Positions 59,962 to 64,000 of a DNA stretch of 64,000 nucleotides are shown here, piece by piece. Position numbers and translations under genes: made by a program. The notes beneath the pieces were generated by a model. It was not told the origin of the DNA, ran no database searches, and saw only the letters and a list, made by a program, of their open reading frames with translations. Source of the stretch: the human T2T-CHM13v2.0 reference genome, Homo sapiens; assembly GCF_009914755.1 (NCBI RefSeq), contig NC_060948.1. The stretch is one strand, 5' to 3'. How positions within the stretch are numbered: position 1 is the first letter of the stretch; each line of letters starts with the position of its first letter.

Positions 59962-60416
59962 CAAGGGTCCCCAAACCTGGGGCCACAGACTGGTATGGGG
60001 GTGCTGCACAGCAGGAGTTGAGTGAACATTACTACCTAAGCTCTGCCTCCTGTCAGATCAATAGCAGTATTAGATTCTCTTAGGAGCATGAACCCTAATG
60101 TGAACTGTGCATGCAAGGGACCTATGTTGCATGCTCCTTATGAGAATCTAATGCCTGATGATCTGTCATTGTCCTCCATAACCCCTAGATGGGACCATCT
60201 TGTTGCAGGAAAACAAGCTCAGGGCTCTCACTGATTCCACATTATGGTGAGTTGTATAATTATTTCAATACATATATAATGTAATAATAATATAAATAAA
60301 GTGTACAGTAAACGTAATGCACTTGAATCGTCCCAAAATCACCCCCACAACCCCATCTGTAGAAAAACTGCCTTCCATAAACCAGTCCCTAGTGCCAAAA
60401 AGGTTGGGGACCACTG
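59962..60416. mobile_element. MER1A hAT-Charlie element
   Basis: Terminal inverted repeats caagggtccccaa / ttggggaccactg; internal ccttatgagaatctaatgcctgatgatctg. Confidence 0.88.
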
Positions 60417-60491
60417 GTTTAGAGCAAGTGTCCTCAAAATCCACACCCTTGTCCAGCAACACCTGAGAACTTGTTAGAAATGACAAACCTT

Positions 60492-60808
<317 letters not shown>

Positions 60809-61226
60809 CTACCTTAGACTTACAGAATCAGAATCTGAGCCATTTGTGTCTCACAACCTCCCCAGGGAGTTTGACTGCGCCAAAGAGTTTCACTCCTGCA
60901 ATGGCCCTCCTCCACACACTCTCCTCTCCACAGGCAAGGAAACCTTTGCAGCCATAGGCCCAATCTGGAGGCCATGCAGACTTCTTCCTCAGTCTGCAGT
61001 GAGGCCGGATGGTGCCTATTTGTGTGCACTCCTAGGCCCAAGGCAGGGAAAAAACTAAGAGGAGGAAAGTGAGGATATAACTTACCACAAGTGCAAATTT
61101 TAAGGGAGCACCAAAAGCTCAATGATCAAGATGAATAAATATTCAATGTAATATTTTAAAAAATAAAAATCAATGTAAAACTTAATGATGAACAAAGTAT
61201 CAATACTTTTCATAAAGATAAGATCA

Positions 61227-61520
61227 GGCTGGGTGCCAGTGGCTCAGGACTGTAATCCCAGCACTTGTGGGTGTCCCAGACAGGAGGATTGCTTGAGCAC
61301 AGGAGTTTGAGACCAACCTGGGGAATATGGCAAAACTCCATCTGTACCAAAAAACACAAAAATTAGCTGGGCATAGTGGCATGTGCCTGAAGTCCCAGCT
61401 ACTAGGGAGGCTGAGATGGGAGGATCGCTTGAGCCTGGGGAGACCAAGGATGCAGTGACCTGAGATTGCACCACTGCACTCCAGCCTGGGGTAAGAGATT
61501 TACTAAATAAATAAATAATT
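61227..61520 (+). mobile_element. AluJ-type SINE inside a MER96B-like element (~61040-61582)
   Basis: Flanks aaagataagatca / aaagataggatca; host ends gctccaatatgactctcacgctactg. Confidence 0.8.
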
Positions 61521-62136
61521 AAAAGATAGGATCACTGTTTTTTCCTTTCACTTCAAGCTCCAATATGACTCTCACGCTACTGTCACTGATCTTGTCTTTA
61601 TTGTAAAACGTTGCCTTATTCCCCTCACCCTAATCCTGGCCCATCCCAAGATCTCCTTTCGTCCTCTAGTTCCAGATCCTCCAAATGCTGGGTGTGGACC
61701 TTATGGAAACCAGGGGCATGTTTCATCTGCTGTCAACAGATTACAAGGCTGCTGAACCAAAAGGGCAAAACCACATGTAGCGGAGACACTGTTTTATTTG
61801 AAAAACTGAATGGACTTTAGGTAGGAGTGTAAGCCTTGATGGAGGGCAACTGCATGTTGTCAATCAAACCTAAAAATACTACCCAGCACCAAGATCCCCT
61901 CTTCTTTGATAAAACTATATACAAACAGCATCTGTGAGTCATCAAACATGAGCCCTCAAACTCAGCCAGTCTCTACAGTTCAATATTCTTTAAATGTTTC
62001 AAATCTTTCAAGCTCTTCAAGCTATAATAAAATGAACCTTTATTGAGAGATCGATAATTTATATACATGTTTCCTCTTATGCACCACACTAAAATAAAAA
62101 ATAAAAGTAGTTAATATGTTTAGAAGGCAGGGTTCT

Positions 62137-62428
62137 GGCTGGGGACGGTGGCTCACGCTTGTAATTGCAGCACTTTGGGAGGCCAAGGCAGGTGGATCAC
62201 TTGAGAGTGGGAGTTTGAGACCAGCCTGGCCCACATGGTGAAACCCTGTCTCTACCAAAAATTCAAAAATTAGCTGGGCATGTTGGTGTGCGCGTACAGT
62301 CCTAGTTACTCAGGGGGATGAAGTGGGATGATCACTTGAGTCCAGGAGGTTGAGGTTGCAGTGAGCCGAGATCATGCCACTGCAATCCAGCCTGGCAGAC
62401 AGAGTAAGACCTGTGTCTCAAGAAGAAA
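62137..62428 (+). mobile_element. AluS/J-type SINE
   Basis: Full dimeric Alu with A-rich tail. Confidence 0.88.
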
Positions 62429-64000
62429 GCAGACAGAGTTCTGTACCAGTTGCTCTCCTCACTGCCTGGTAACCCCAGGTATGTGAACACTCAATTTCTT
62501 TGTATAAAATGGTGATAATAACATCAACGTGTCTTCCATCATAGAGTGGTTGTGAGGATCAAGTGGGATGACGTGTGTAATATACAGAGCACAAAACAAT
62601 CACGGGCAGTGGCGCTGGCCATGGTGAATTGGGGGACTACCCACCCGGGGATGGTGATGACAACAAGGTGTGGGACCATGAAATCCTTCCCCATTCCCAC
62701 CCACACCTCTTAACCTCCATGCTCCCAAGTCAGTGCACTAGAAATATTTTAGTGGTCAATCAACCACTTTATATTTAAATGCTCCCTGAATAAAACATAA
62801 AGCTTTAAAATTTTTATCTTATAATCTAAAAATGAATCTCTTGTCAAAACTAAGCAGTTTTGTGGCTTTAATCTTTGGTAAGCATGCTGTCAAAGTAAGT
62901 TTAGCTTCATGGTTAAAAGAAAAAAATAAAAATGTTCTCAATGATCTTAAAGCAATTAAAAAAAAGGCTCCTACTGCAAATATGATTAAAGGCCTTAATG
63001 TCTTGTTTCTATTTGAACCCTAACCTTAAAATACAAAAGAAAACATAGTTCTCATAAAGTGACCAATCCCTCAGTGTTACTCCTAGGCAAATAAACAAAG
63101 GAATGATTTCTCTATTTGGATAGACATACCAATTGCAGCCTGTTGGTCTGTTTCTCAACCTGCTTATCAGAGTAACCTCTCCACTATTTTGTTTTCTAAT
63201 AGTTGCCTGATTTCGTTTACAAATTATGTAACCATGGGCAAGCTATATATCTCCCTCTCCATCTCTTGGGACCCTCATTTACAAAATGAAGACTAAATGG
63301 TCAATTGCAAAAGGATATTTCAACCTTAAAGGAGCTTTCAACTTTAAAATGCAATAATTTTAATGTTTCAATTTGGAGGCTAAGGTACCAGTTTCTAACT
63401 AAAAAGTAACATTGGATAATATAACAAATGTTTTCAATGTTAACTGAAAGAGTTCCCCAAAATCAGAGCTAAAGTTGGAATAAGGAACACCCACATGGCA
63501 TGTGTAGGTTGCTGGAGCAAGGAACAAAAGGCTAGAAGATATCCGCTTCCAGTGGGCAGGAGAAACACCACTGCTGCCTGAGGGTTCCAGCCTTCTGCCT
63601 GCCCAGGCACTAGGGATTCTGGGCTAAGTGTTCCCCAAGGGAGTGTGGAGAGCTGTTCTGGGGAGTTCTAGGGAAGAGATGCCTGTCCAGTGGTGGGAGA
63701 GAAAACTAATGTTTTAACTATTGCTGAGGATAATGGGTCCCCTTCATCCTAGAGGAGAGCTACAAGGAAAAGGCATGAGTTATTCTGAAGTTACTTTGGC
63801 TTCCTGGCCTTTGACCAGGACCTGACTCTAAGGCTGAACCACATGAACTGTCTCATCATAAGTTAAAATTTCTAATTATAACTTCATAGTGTGAAGATGA
63901 GGTACACTGGTGAGGCTGTCTTATCCACCTTTACCCTTCAGAAAGAGAAAACACCAGCCTATTCAGAGTGGGCAGACGCTGTGAGGGCTGATCACACTTT

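Overview
Primate (catarrhine/hominoid-type) genomic DNA. It is intronic in character, CpG-poor and rich in Alu, L1, L2, MIR, LTR and MER elements. The only gene-derived signal I can support is four minus-strand exons of a raftlin (RFTN1) copy in correct order with large introns: 54505-54691, 27357-27465, 7452-7837 and 1-55 (cut by the window edge). I number them exons 3-6 by recalled human RFTN1 structure. This copy is disabled: one acceptor reads AT instead of AG, exon 5 carries two frameshifts (+2, -1), and exon 6 has a GAG>TAG nonsense codon. It is therefore an unprocessed (duplicated) pseudogene. It is most plausibly the Y-linked RFTN1P1-type copy from the chromosome 3 RFTN1/DAZL-region transposition, which is an inference needing alignment. 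Notable extras are an L1PA6-like element with both ends, an internal ORF1-ORF2 deletion and a short 3' transduction; a nested LTR/L1/MER11 stack; an AluY inverted inside an AluJ; and a ~147-bp duplication with four evenly spaced splice-donor motifs. I found no intact protein-coding gene and no convincing novel multi-gene system. Comparisons to RFTN1 and to repeat consensus sequences are from memory, not computed.
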